DNA from: Bdellovibrionia bacterium
Lineage (GTDB): Bacteria; Bdellovibrionota; Bdellovibrionia; Bdellovibrionales; JAGQZY01
NCBI GenBank assembly: GCA_030424715.1
Contig: JAUHWH010000003.1
Location: 68,148 to 132,147 of the forward strand
DNA: 64,000 nt
Reading direction: 5' to 3'
The number at the start of each line of letters is the position of its first letter. The stretch's first letter is position 1. This document shows, piece by piece, positions 55,665 through 64,000 of this stretch. The position numbers and the translations under genes are program-made. The notes below the pieces were generated by a model that saw nothing but the letters and a program-made list of their open reading frames with translations, ran no database searches and was not told where the DNA came from.

Positions 55665-56791
55665 AAATTATTATTTTTTTCAGCCTCTTAGTAGCCAGTC
55701 TTCAAGCCTTGTCGACGCCGATCCTGTCTCGACAGTGGTCTCGCTCAACACTGCATGAACCCCACTATAAGTTCCGTCATCAACACCGCATGAGTCCACT
55801 GCTGACGGGTGACCTCGTGATCCAGGGCAATGGAATTGACGGCATCAAGGCCTTCAATCGTAAGTCGGGGCATGAAGTGTGGGGGATTTCTGTCCTTAAC
55901 GGTGTCGAAGGGGGAGCGGTCGTCGATGGTGATCGTTTGTATTTCGGTGGCAACGATGGCTATTTTTACGCCGTCAATGTCCACACGGGCCAGTCGCTCT
56001 GGAAAGCGGCAATCAATTCAGAATCTCTCACAGCACCATTAGTACACGATTCCTTTGTCTATCATGTGGCTGGGAACAACACATTGTACGCCTTTGATAA
56101 AATGTCGGGTGCCTCTCTTTGGGTTAAGACCAACTCGGCGAAAGCCAATATGACGGTACGTGGTCAAACCGCCCCGGTTTATGAAAAAGGCATTCTCTAC
56201 CTGGGCTTTAGTGACGGGATTTTTGCGGCGTTCAATGCCCAGAACGGTCGAGAACTTTGGAGCAAGCGCATTGGCGACGATAAAAAGTTTAACGACGTTG
56301 ACGCGACGGCGGTTTTAACCAGCTCATGTATTTTGGTCAGTAGTTATGCTAACGCCCTATACTGCCTCGACAAAAACTCGGGGTCGGTCCTCTGGCGCCA
56401 CGATGTGGGCGGACATAAAGCGGTCTTGGTGAGTGATAACAAGATCTACTACTCGACTATAAATAAAGAACTGCATGTCCTTGATGCGGACTCTGGAAAG
56501 CTCTTACGCAAAGTCATCGACGTTAAAGGTTTGGCCACCTCGGCGACCACCTTGGAGAATTTTGTTATCTACGGCGAATCCGCCGGTGAGTTGGTGATTC
56601 GTAATAAAACGGACATGGCTAAGGTGACCTCTTTTAATCCAGGATTAGGGCTTTTGTCTCGGCCAACGGTGGATGCTGAAAACAAAGCCATCTACTTTGT
56701 TTCTGGAGATGCTAATCTCTATCGCTTCGACTTACGAGAAACCTTAGACAATCCTTTTGCATGGAGCGCCAAGCAATATGAGAAAAAATAA
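55661..56791 (+). CDS. bamB: PQQ-like beta-propeller repeat protein (BamB-like)
   Basis: Signal peptide. Repeated G..(L/V)Y(F/A)....G.(L/F)YA(F/V)(D/N)...G..LW motifs. Confidence 0.7.
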   Translation: MKIIIFFSLLVASLQALSTPILSRQWSRSTLHEPHYKFRHQHRMSPLLTGDLVIQGNGIDGIKAFNRKSGHEVWGISVLNGVEGGAVVDGDRLYFGGNDGYFYAVNVHTGQSLWKAAINSESLTAPLVHDSFVYHVAGNNTLYAFDKMSGASLWVKTNSAKANMTVRGQTAPVYEKGILYLGFSDGIFAAFNAQNGRELWSKRIGDDKKFNDVDATAVLTSSCILVSSYANALYCLDKNSGSVLWRHDVGGHKAVLVSDNKIYYSTINKELHVLDADSGKLLRKVIDVKGLATSATTLENFVIYGESAGELVIRNKTDMAKVTSFNPGLGLLSRPTVDAENKAIYFVSGDANLYRFDLRETLDNPFAWSAKQYEKK

Positions 56792-57173
56792 ACTGAGAGC
56801 CTTTGCCTGGTCTTGCTGCTGGGTATTTGTCGCTTGTAGCACCGGACACTGTCGTCGAGACAGCAAAGAGGTTTTAAAGAAGCTCGACCCTAAGCCGCCT
56901 GCCGGTTATGAGCAGGAGAACCTGGGGAGCTTGCGCGTGGGCAAAGCCGATGGCTCCCAGCAGTGCGGGATGCGCGCAGGACGCTCTCTTGATGACATGG
57001 CCAAAGAAGAATTGCAGGGTGTTGAGATTATCTCATCAGAGAAACGCAATGATGGCTTGATGCGCATTCAATCCTGCGGCGCTGCCACGGGCATGCTGAA
57101 CACCTACAAGATCCGTCATCAAGACCTGATCCGAGCGCAGAAAGCCGGGTTTACCGTGGTTAAAGAGCGCTAA
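56778..57173 (+). CDS. small hypothetical lipoprotein
   Basis: Start set at MRKNKLRAFAWSCCWVFVAC (lipobox-like). No motif recognised. Confidence 0.45.
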   Translation: MRKNKLRAFAWSCCWVFVACSTGHCRRDSKEVLKKLDPKPPAGYEQENLGSLRVGKADGSQQCGMRAGRSLDDMAKEELQGVEIISSEKRNDGLMRIQSCGAATGMLNTYKIRHQDLIRAQKAGFTVVKER

Positions 57174-57276
57174 GCTCACTGGCCATGGAGCTCTGCAAAG
57201 TCTTTGTGGTGGCGATGTTCAAAGCCGCGCTTTTGCAAAACCTGCAGGTCTGCTACTGCTGATCGTATCAACAGTC

Positions 57277-58098
57277 TTATCGGCGTTCTTCTTTAGTAAA
57301 ATTCACCGGACCACGGCTCTTTGCCAGAGGCACTTCTAAGAAATGCTTTACCTCAAGTGCTTCTTTGCATGGGGTGTCTTGATACTTTTCGATGATATCG
57401 ACAAAGCTCTTGGCGTAATCTCGCGCCGCCGCCGCCGACATGGCTCCAAGGCCTTGCTCGCGCCTTTTCTGTTCCGCCTCAATGCGCCAGTCGATGACAT
57501 AACTAGGGTCTTCCGCTTTTAAGTAAATAAAGGCATCCAATGTCTTGTGCCACGATGTGTACTGCGCAAGAGCTTGGTTTGCTAGTAGCAGTGGCGAAGA
57601 CTCATTGGTTGGCAGCGCTTGAAACCCAAGCATCCACCCCTCAAGGATCACTATATCGATCGGCCCAGTCACGCCACTCCATTGGTTGGTCGGGAGACGA
57701 TCTCCTTGGCCAGCAAAGGCTGATTTGTCGTAACGGGGAATCATCACCTGTTGACCGTCTTTGATGCGCTTGAGGGCTCTCAGAGTCTCTAGGCCCAGTT
57801 CAATATCATGAGTGCCCGGGTACCCCCGCTGCTGCCAATAGTGGACCTCTGGGTGAGTCTCTGCCAATTCTTTCTGGTCTGAGTGCTTTAGGTAGAAGTC
57901 ATCTATAGAGACCCCGACCGCATTTTGTCCCTCACCAGAGAAGGCATCCACTAAAAATTGGGTCAGTGTCGACTTTCCGGCCCCGTTAGGGCTAGAGAGT
58001 CCCACAAAAAAAGGGGAGGGTGAGTTGTGACTGGACAGTTTCTCGCTGAGCCATTCTTTCACGGTGCTATAAAAATCAAGCTGGGTTTGGCTGTACAC
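57277..58098 (-). CDS. P-loop D-glycerate 3-kinase-like kinase (GLYK/YGR205W-type)
   Basis: GLSSPNGAGKSTL, SIDDFYL, RGYPGTHD, IVILEGWMLGF. These blocks match what I recall of plant/cyanobacterial GLYK. Confidence 0.7.
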   Translation of the reverse strand: MYSQTQLDFYSTVKEWLSEKLSSHNSPSPFFVGLSSPNGAGKSTLTQFLVDAFSGEGQNAVGVSIDDFYLKHSDQKELAETHPEVHYWQQRGYPGTHDIELGLETLRALKRIKDGQQVMIPRYDKSAFAGQGDRLPTNQWSGVTGPIDIVILEGWMLGFQALPTNESSPLLLANQALAQYTSWHKTLDAFIYLKAEDPSYVIDWRIEAEQKRREQGLGAMSAAAARDYAKSFVDIIEKYQDTPCKEALEVKHFLEVPLAKSRGPVNFTKEERR

Positions 58099-58107
58099 AG
58101 AGTCTCC

Positions 58108-59727
58108 TTACACCACGACCAGGTCAAAGGCTGAAAGCGCCATGGAACTCTCGCCACTATTAATTTCGATGGTTTCGGAGGTTAAATTAAAGTAGACGTT
58201 CTTTGTTTTGTTGCCCATAGAACGTTCTAAGTGAAGGACTTTGACGTTGGGATTGTGCATGGTGATTTTGGCCTGGGGATGGAACTCGGGGCACTGGTTC
58301 TTAAGTTCTATTAATGCCAGCAGGCGTTCTCTCACGGCCTCACCAAAGGCAGACGGCTCCAGAGGGTGAGGGGTCGGCTTGCGGTTGGTTCGTCTCGCAA
58401 TGCCGCTGTCTTTGACCCCCTCGGACCAGTTTCTGCTACCAAAAAAATTGTGCACATACTGGGTGTTCAAACCCGGAAAAAACATGGCCAGGGCGTGGGA
58501 GTGAGCCACTTTTTTTACCGCGCTTTCAAAATCGAGCGCTTCGTCCTCGAGATAGCTAGCCCAAGTCACATTCAGTTCGTAGGGGCGCAGTTCGCCGTCG
58601 CGCCCTGACTTCATGCCGACATGTCCACCTTTTCTCCGCGCTTTATCACACATCACGACGATGTCGGCTTCTGAGACCAGCCCCTCTAAGCCCCGCATGC
58701 CAATCCCATCATGGGTGGCCGTGAAGTTAATAAAGCTGGTTGAAGGGGGATTTGTAAAAACCAATGAGGCCCATTCGACCAAATGGCGACTGGTCTCAAA
58801 TGTTAGAGCGTGCAAAATCAAGGGAGCTAGTGAGAAATTATAAATCAGGTGGGCTTCGTTATGGCCATCGCCCCAGTAGGTGATGTTCTCGTGGTGAGGC
58901 ACATTGCTTTCGGTCACCAGCAGCACCTGAAAGGGCAGTTCGTCAACGATGGCGCGGAACAGCTGAATCAGCTCATGGGTTTTAGGGTGATGGGAGCATG
59001 TGGTGCCAAGCTCTTTCCAAAAAAAGGGCACAGCATCGATCCGCAACAGTCTTGCACCATGACGGATGTAGTTGAACAGCGTGTCCACCAGTAGCATCAT
59101 GACCTTTGGTTCACTGAAGTTAAGATCCACCTGATCGGCGCCAAAGGTTGTCCATACAAACTCTTTTTCGCCGTGAACCTCGACGGGCGTCAGCAGAGGG
59201 GAGGTTCGCGGTCGCACCACCTGTTGCAAATGACTCTGAAATTCTGGCTTTAAAACCTGTTCTTCTGAAAAGAAGTGGAACATGGACTTGGCCTCGGGAT
59301 CTCCCTGCAAGGCTTTTTGGAACAGGGGGCTTTGGGCTGAGATGTGATTGAAAACACAATCCATCATGAGTCCCTGGGGTATTTGGTCAATATCGCTCCA
59401 CGATCCGTATTTGGGTTCAACTTCATGAAAATTGATACATGCGAACCCATCGTCACTGCTCCACGGATGAAACGGCAAAATGTGGGCGTGGGTCATCACG
59501 CCTTTCAAATCTTTTGATAGAAATTCTTTCAATAACGAAAGAGGAGAACTTTTTGGGTTAAGAAACTGCCCGGGGTAGGTTATGAGTATATTCGTTTTTT
59601 CACTCATAATCGGATGAGCTGATTCTTTTGGCAGGCTTTGAAATTCTTTCAGTTTGTCGATGATCAACTGAAACAATTCATCCGGATTATTATAGAGTTT
59701 GCTGAGGTGGCTGTGGATTCTATTCAT
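58108..59727 (-). CDS. GH13_18 sucrose-phosphorylase-family glycoside phosphorylase
   Basis: GH13 regions DCVFNH, GARLLRIDAVPF, LVTESN, FTATHDGIG. 9-nt gap to the kinase gene. Confidence 0.85.
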   Translation of the reverse strand: MNRIHSHLSKLYNNPDELFQLIIDKLKEFQSLPKESAHPIMSEKTNILITYPGQFLNPKSSPLSLLKEFLSKDLKGVMTHAHILPFHPWSSDDGFACINFHEVEPKYGSWSDIDQIPQGLMMDCVFNHISAQSPLFQKALQGDPEAKSMFHFFSEEQVLKPEFQSHLQQVVRPRTSPLLTPVEVHGEKEFVWTTFGADQVDLNFSEPKVMMLLVDTLFNYIRHGARLLRIDAVPFFWKELGTTCSHHPKTHELIQLFRAIVDELPFQVLLVTESNVPHHENITYWGDGHNEAHLIYNFSLAPLILHALTFETSRHLVEWASLVFTNPPSTSFINFTATHDGIGMRGLEGLVSEADIVVMCDKARRKGGHVGMKSGRDGELRPYELNVTWASYLEDEALDFESAVKKVAHSHALAMFFPGLNTQYVHNFFGSRNWSEGVKDSGIARRTNRKPTPHPLEPSAFGEAVRERLLALIELKNQCPEFHPQAKITMHNPNVKVLHLERSMGNKTKNVYFNLTSETIEINSGESSMALSAFDLVVV

Positions 59728-59730
59728 TCT

Positions 59731-61344
59731 GTGTCTTTAAGTGGTCTCGATTGGTTTGTTATCGGGGCATACTTGCTTGCGATGATTGCTCTTAGTGCAC
59801 GATTAGCAAAAGGGCAAAAAAATGCCAAGGACTATTATCTTGGCGGCAACAATCTCAAGGCCTTTCCCATCGCCATTTCCACCATGGCCACTCAGTGCTC
59901 CACCACCTCGATTCTAGGAGCCCCAGCCTTTGTGGCATTTTCCATGAGCGGCGGACTGTACTGGTTGCAGTACGAGTTAGCGATCCCTTTTGCCATGATC
60001 TTTTTAATGGCCTTTATTTTGCCGTTTTACCGAAATCTCGGAATCATCTCAGTTTATGAGTATCTCGAGCGACGTTTCGATCGTCGCGTCCGAGTTATCT
60101 TGTCTATCTTCTTTCAAGTGATGCGTGCTTTTGCTGCCGGAGTCATTATCTATGGTATCTCAATTGTAATTTCTTACTGCACGGGATTGAGTTTCGTTGT
60201 CGCCGTGGTTCTTTTAGGAGTGATTACCGTTGTCTACGATTTTTTAGGAGGCATGAAGGCCGTTATCGTTTCTGATGTGATTCAGATGATTGTTCTCTAC
60301 GTCTCGATACTTATTACTATTTTCATCGCGGTGGACCTATGTGGTGGTTTGACGGCGACGCTCGCCGCCTTTGACGATTCGAGAAAAGTAGGGACCAACT
60401 ATTTGTCGTCAGGGTTTGATGGCAACAGCTTTGGGTTCTGGCCCATGATGTTCGGGGGCTTCTTTCTCTACATTAGTTATTATGGTTGCGATCAAACCCA
60501 GGTGCAGCGAGAGTTGTCGACTCAGTCCGTAGACGATACAAACCTATCTCTTTTTATCAATGGCATCTTGCGATTTCCCCTGGCTTTGACCTATTGTTTT
60601 TTGGGTGTGTGCATCGGAGCTTTTGCCACTCTTCATCCCGATTTTTTTGATCTTTTGCCAGTAGAAAACGGCACGAAGAATCTCAATATGGCAGTGCCGG
60701 TGTTTGTTCTCAAACATTTTCCGGTGGGTGTGATTGGGGTCTTTTTAGTGGGCTTGTTTTCGGCTGCGATGTCGTCTCTAGACTCGACCCTGAATTCCCT
60801 CAGCGCCACCAGTTTACAAGATTTGATTTTACCCTTAACCAAAAAGCCAATGAGTGAGAAACAGCAACTCTGGGCCTCCAAATTGCTGACGGTCTTCTGG
60901 GGAGCTGTGTGCACGGGATTTTCGTTTGGGGTCGGTGGAATCTCCGATTCCGTTGTGGTGTCGATTAACAAAATTGGGTCTTTAGCCAGTGGCCCTATAT
61001 TGGGCGTGTTTTTGTTGGGACTACTCACCACAAGGGTGGGGTCGCGGGGAGCCATTTGCGGTTTTTTAGTGGGCTTTGCCTTGAACCTCGGTCTTTGGCT
61101 TTTTGTGCCTTTGGTGGCTTGGCCCTGGTGGAATGTCGTGGGCTGCCTCTCTTGCCTCGCGGTGGGACTGTTGATGGCCAGTCTTGGCCTGACCCAAGCT
61201 CGTAAAAACCTGAAGGATGTCACGATCTTCACGGCTAATATGAACCTTGTTTATCAACGCAACTGGCCGCGGTACTACTGGGTCTTGGGGGGCTGGGGCC
61301 TTGTGATACTGGCGCTGAGTTCATCCGTAGAATTTCTTCTGTAG
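59731..61344 (+). CDS. sodium:solute symporter (SSS) family transporter
   Basis: About 13 TM helices, with LDWFVIGAYLLAMI at the N-terminus. Start placed at GTG 59731 to avoid a 90-nt overlap with the divergent gene (the ORF is open from 59638). Confidence 0.8.
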   Translation: MSLSGLDWFVIGAYLLAMIALSARLAKGQKNAKDYYLGGNNLKAFPIAISTMATQCSTTSILGAPAFVAFSMSGGLYWLQYELAIPFAMIFLMAFILPFYRNLGIISVYEYLERRFDRRVRVILSIFFQVMRAFAAGVIIYGISIVISYCTGLSFVVAVVLLGVITVVYDFLGGMKAVIVSDVIQMIVLYVSILITIFIAVDLCGGLTATLAAFDDSRKVGTNYLSSGFDGNSFGFWPMMFGGFFLYISYYGCDQTQVQRELSTQSVDDTNLSLFINGILRFPLALTYCFLGVCIGAFATLHPDFFDLLPVENGTKNLNMAVPVFVLKHFPVGVIGVFLVGLFSAAMSSLDSTLNSLSATSLQDLILPLTKKPMSEKQQLWASKLLTVFWGAVCTGFSFGVGGISDSVVVSINKIGSLASGPILGVFLLGLLTTRVGSRGAICGFLVGFALNLGLWLFVPLVAWPWWNVVGCLSCLAVGLLMASLGLTQARKNLKDVTIFTANMNLVYQRNWPRYYWVLGGWGLVILALSSSVEFLL

Positions 61345-61421
61345 ATAGCCAGCCCTTATAGGAGTAGGACCATTGTAGAGGTGGTGCTTTCAGTGGGTGT
61401 GAATCGTGCTATGATTTTGGA

Positions 61422-62750
61422 GTGGGGCGCTTAGAGAACTTTATTCCTATTATTGATCCATTTACATCCCAAGATGGGGATGACCTTAACGTCGTAAAAT
61501 TTAATGGAACCAAAGCATTGATTGTGGGGCCAGAGGCCATAGCCTTTTTAAAACAAATCAATGGACATCTGTCGCTTCGAGAGATCTTTCTGTTTCTCAA
61601 TGAAAAAAAGTTGTTCTTTAGAATCGAGAAGTGCCTTGAGGTCTTGCGGCAAATCGCCAATGCCGGATTAATGCGAAATAGCGAAGATTTTTTTGCAGTG
61701 ATCCATGGAGCCCCTGCCGGTCGAGTCCATAAACCCAACACCCAAGAGCTTTCGCCCTCTTATTTTTCCCACGAACGCTTGGTGGGACTTATTCAAAAAA
61801 CAACCTTGTTTCTAAAATGTGACCGCAGTGTCGCCGAAAAGATTTTAAAGCATTCAAGATTCAAACATGTGCCCGAGAATTCACGAATCATCAAAGAGGG
61901 TTCGAAGAGTAAGGACTTTTACGTGCTGCTGGCGGGCGAGGTGGGTGTCTACCGGCAAGACGAGTGCTTGGCGACAATGGGACCTCTTAGCGTTTTTGGC
62001 GAAAGTGCGGCCATTTTTGACAAAGTTCGCAACGCCGACGTGATCACCCTAGAGTCCTCATGGGTCCTTTGTGTCGACGCTAGTAAAATTATCGATACCC
62101 AGGACAGCGAAGCCTTTGACAGCTTTAAAGGGCTCAAGTCACGCTTGATTCTTAATCAAACACTCTCCGCCAACCCATTGTTTAAAAAGTTACCCAATGA
62201 TGTGATGCAATTCTTTATCTCCAAATGTCGAATTGAGAAATATGGCCGCGAGCAAATAGTGATCGAGCAAGGGGAGACCAGTGGTGATTTCTATTTCATC
62301 CTAAAAGGCTCGGTCTCTGTCATCAAAGACGGCATGCCTGTCACCAGCCTTGCTGAGGGGAACCACTTTGGCGAAGTGGCCGCAATGCTTAACGAGCCCA
62401 GGACAGCATCGGTGATCTGCGAGACTGGCTGTACCTTTATTGTTTTAAACCAAAAATCACTGTTAGAAGTCCTTTCGAGTCACTTTCGATTAGCCATTGA
62501 TATTGAAAAAACGGCTTTGGAACGAAAAAACTCACAGAGTAACCTTCTAGAAATTTTTGAAGATGACGAATCGCCAGTGGGAATGGAGCCATTGCCAGCC
62601 GATGATGATTCTTCCTCTGTGGTTTCTCTTGACGACCTTTCGAATTCCAACATCGCCATTGATGGCGATTTTTTTGAAGCGTCTCAGACCAATTTTGAGC
62701 TAGAGCTCGTGGACTTCTCCACGTTTGACTCTAAAGAAGACGCCTCCTAA
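61422..62750 (+). CDS. tandem cyclic-nucleotide-binding-domain protein with an acidic C-terminal tail
   Basis: Two cNMP-binding cores (FGESAAI....RNADV and FGEVAAMLNEPRTASV). An N-terminal ~120 aa of unknown type. GTG start is uncertain. Confidence 0.75.
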   Translation: MGRLENFIPIIDPFTSQDGDDLNVVKFNGTKALIVGPEAIAFLKQINGHLSLREIFLFLNEKKLFFRIEKCLEVLRQIANAGLMRNSEDFFAVIHGAPAGRVHKPNTQELSPSYFSHERLVGLIQKTTLFLKCDRSVAEKILKHSRFKHVPENSRIIKEGSKSKDFYVLLAGEVGVYRQDECLATMGPLSVFGESAAIFDKVRNADVITLESSWVLCVDASKIIDTQDSEAFDSFKGLKSRLILNQTLSANPLFKKLPNDVMQFFISKCRIEKYGREQIVIEQGETSGDFYFILKGSVSVIKDGMPVTSLAEGNHFGEVAAMLNEPRTASVICETGCTFIVLNQKSLLEVLSSHFRLAIDIEKTALERKNSQSNLLEIFEDDESPVGMEPLPADDDSSSVVSLDDLSNSNIAIDGDFFEASQTNFELELVDFSTFDSKEDAS

Positions 62751-62766
62751 GAGCAGTCAGGCCCCC

Positions 62767-63135
62767 CTAAAACAGAGCCAGTCGCAATCCCGAAATGCTG
62801 CCAGACAAAAGCAAAACGCCATAGGTGGTGAACAGTAGCCAGCGGTCACTGCATCGCCACCCAATCTTTAAAAAAAGTTGCCGAATAAAAGCGCCTTCAC
62901 TGTTTGTAGACTTGGGCCTGCCTTCTAACTTGTGTTGGATCTGGGTCAGGATGCATTGGTTCTGATTGAACCACCAATGGAGAACGACGACAGGGATGGC
63001 CACGATATGAAAAGGCAGAAGGGCCTTCGGGCTTAGCCAACCAAACACCAAGAAAAGCAGAGCCGCCATGTGAAAGGAAACCACGAGTTTTATAAGTAGA
63101 GTTTTTAAAGTCAATTTTAGGGGCCGGTCTTTCAT
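62767..63135 (-). CDS. DUF2784-like small membrane protein
   Basis: Four hydrophobic segments and a NQCILTQIQHKL motif resembling the CPLT.lE block. Confidence 0.5.
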   Translation of the reverse strand: MKDRPLKLTLKTLLIKLVVSFHMAALLFLVFGWLSPKALLPFHIVAIPVVVLHWWFNQNQCILTQIQHKLEGRPKSTNSEGAFIRQLFLKIGWRCSDRWLLFTTYGVLLLSGSISGLRLALF

Positions 63136-63144
63136 AACAAAGGC

Positions 63145-64000
63145 TCAACGGTTGCTGGGCACGATCTTTTTTAAGGGCAACTGTTCTCCGGCTCGCACGG
63201 CCGTGTTTAAGTGTTTTTGGAGACCGACCGGACAATGCCAAAACGGGGAGTGGGCGCAATAAAAATTCATGGTGCGATTGAAGTCGAGGGTTAAGTTTTG
63301 CCCATCTCGTAGGGGGCCATCGAGTTCGATTACCAATTCTCGACCTCCAGGATAGGTTTCTATCCCCTTAGTCTCGTCGGTAAAAACCACAGCCACATAG
63401 TTGACGGATTCCGTCTGGGGCTGCCAATTATAAGCGGGCAAGAAAAACTCTTTGCCATTAAGGACAAAGCTCAGGTTCCCCACCTTATTCACCTGGGTAG
63501 GATCTCCCTGTACCGTTTTATAGGTTACGAATTGAGGCTTTTGCTTTTTAAAAGCTCCGGATACGATGGCGTCGGCATTAAAAGGAAAAAAACGAAAGCC
63601 CGAAAACTCTTTAATTTGTTCTGGGTTGTACAAATAGGCCCAAAGTTTATGGTTGCGTTTGCCGTATACGACTTCGGCGATCGCACCATTTGGTAAGTCA
63701 AACTGATAACGTCGTTTGTCAGCTCGGTTCGATAGGTATGTCTGAGTTTTACCTTTGACTTGCACCCTGATTTTGTCGCCAAGATGCTCGGCGGTCGCGT
63801 GATACTTTTTGGGTTTTCTGGTCACCCAGTGGGTATTGGCTCGCGTCGTCGATAAGGTCAGATAAAGCGTTTGCCCTTTAAGAGCGTGGTTTAAAGCATA
63901 GGCATTGAGAAACGAGGTCTTTGATTCTAAGGCCTTTTTGTAGGCGCTGCCTTTCCAGTGCTGCCAGTCTTCGAGAGGGCTCGCCAAGCCAGGACACGCA
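63145..64000 (-). CDS. DUF1684-family protein (probably 5'-truncated by the window edge)
   Basis: C-terminal NFYCAHSPFWHCPVGLQKHLNTAVRAGE is the DUF1684 signature. The frame stays open to base 64000 (upstream residues ...ACPGL), so TTG 63987 may not be the true start. Confidence 0.7.
   Translation of the reverse strand, partial: ACPGLASPLEDWQHWKGSAYKKALESKTSFLNAYALNHALKGQTLYLTLSTTRANTHWVTRKPKKYHATAEHLGDKIRVQVKGKTQTYLSNRADKRRYQFDLPNGAIAEVVYGKRNHKLWAYLYNPEQIKEFSGFRFFPFNADAIVSGAFKKQKPQFVTYKTVQGDPTQVNKVGNLSFVLNGKEFFLPAYNWQPQTESVNYVAVVFTDETKGIETYPGGRELVIELDGPLRDGQNLTLDFNRTMNFYCAHSPFWHCPVGLQKHLNTAVRAGEQLPLKKIVPSNR

Noticed and set aside
60633-61232. 199-aa antisense ORF inside the SSS transporter gene. 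Similar antisense or alternative-frame ORFs occur at 35433-35927, 32970-33350, 32986-33390, 7738-8106, 8341-8682 and 51026-51379.
   Set aside because: Each lies wholly within a well-supported gene on the other strand or frame. Their composition is biased (Arg/Pro/Ser-rich), with no SD and no motifs.

Overview
All calls come from reading the sequence and the ORF translations. No database search, alignment tool or GC calculation was run, so product names rest on motif recognition and composition statements are visual impressions.

The window is 64 kb of chromosome from a Gram-negative bacterium. The lipoproteins, BamB-like and YfgM-like genes and the many secreted hydrolases suggest a Bdellovibrio-like predator, but that is inference only.

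Housekeeping blocks:
- guaB (5' partial) and guaA
- dnaE
- pfkA
- tRNA-Val(GAC)
- rpiB-glyA
- rpmF-fabH-fabD-fabG-acpP-fabF
- a Leu/Val-type amino-acid dehydrogenase
- yfgM-like and bamB-like genes

Accessory content, by position:
1. A 3.2-kb two-gene envelope cassette (SGNH-like protein plus GT-C-like membrane protein) sits directly in front of dnaE. It is bracketed by ~285-bp diverged direct repeats that copy the dnaE leader and its first ~26 codons.
2. A glycine-rich secreted protein lies downstream of tRNA-Val.
3. A BigR/SqrR-type sulfide-detoxification locus is present: ArsR-family sensor, divergent rhodanese/YgaP, persulfide-dioxygenase-like MBL and TauE exporter. A 45-codon SD-coupled ORF containing an A9G9 homopolymer pair follows TauE.
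4. A 1071-aa phage-tail-fibre-like surface fibre is translationally coupled to a lipoprotein. It lies just downstream of an M23 peptidase, an SLT-like protein and a small secreted protein.
5. An island-like stretch at ~43.9-49.4 kb carries a short Fim-type tyrosine recombinase, an orphan ATP-grasp ligase and a 118-bp element with perfect 11-bp terminal inverted repeats. It also holds two AT-rich secreted-protein genes bracketed by REP-like inverted copies, and a secreted ParB/Srx-like protein.
6. A tail-anchored XRE-HTH protein precedes a 977-aa lipoprotein.
7. A GH13_18 phosphorylase, a GLYK-type glycerate kinase and a divergent Na+/solute symporter form a cluster consistent with glucosylglycerate catabolism.

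A REP-like repeat family (core GTCGTCCAGRGC..AGCGAAGGAYC) occurs at three loci. No CRISPR array, rRNA, transposase or recognisable defence system was seen. I consider the fibre locus and the recombinase-associated island the most promising places for undescribed biology.
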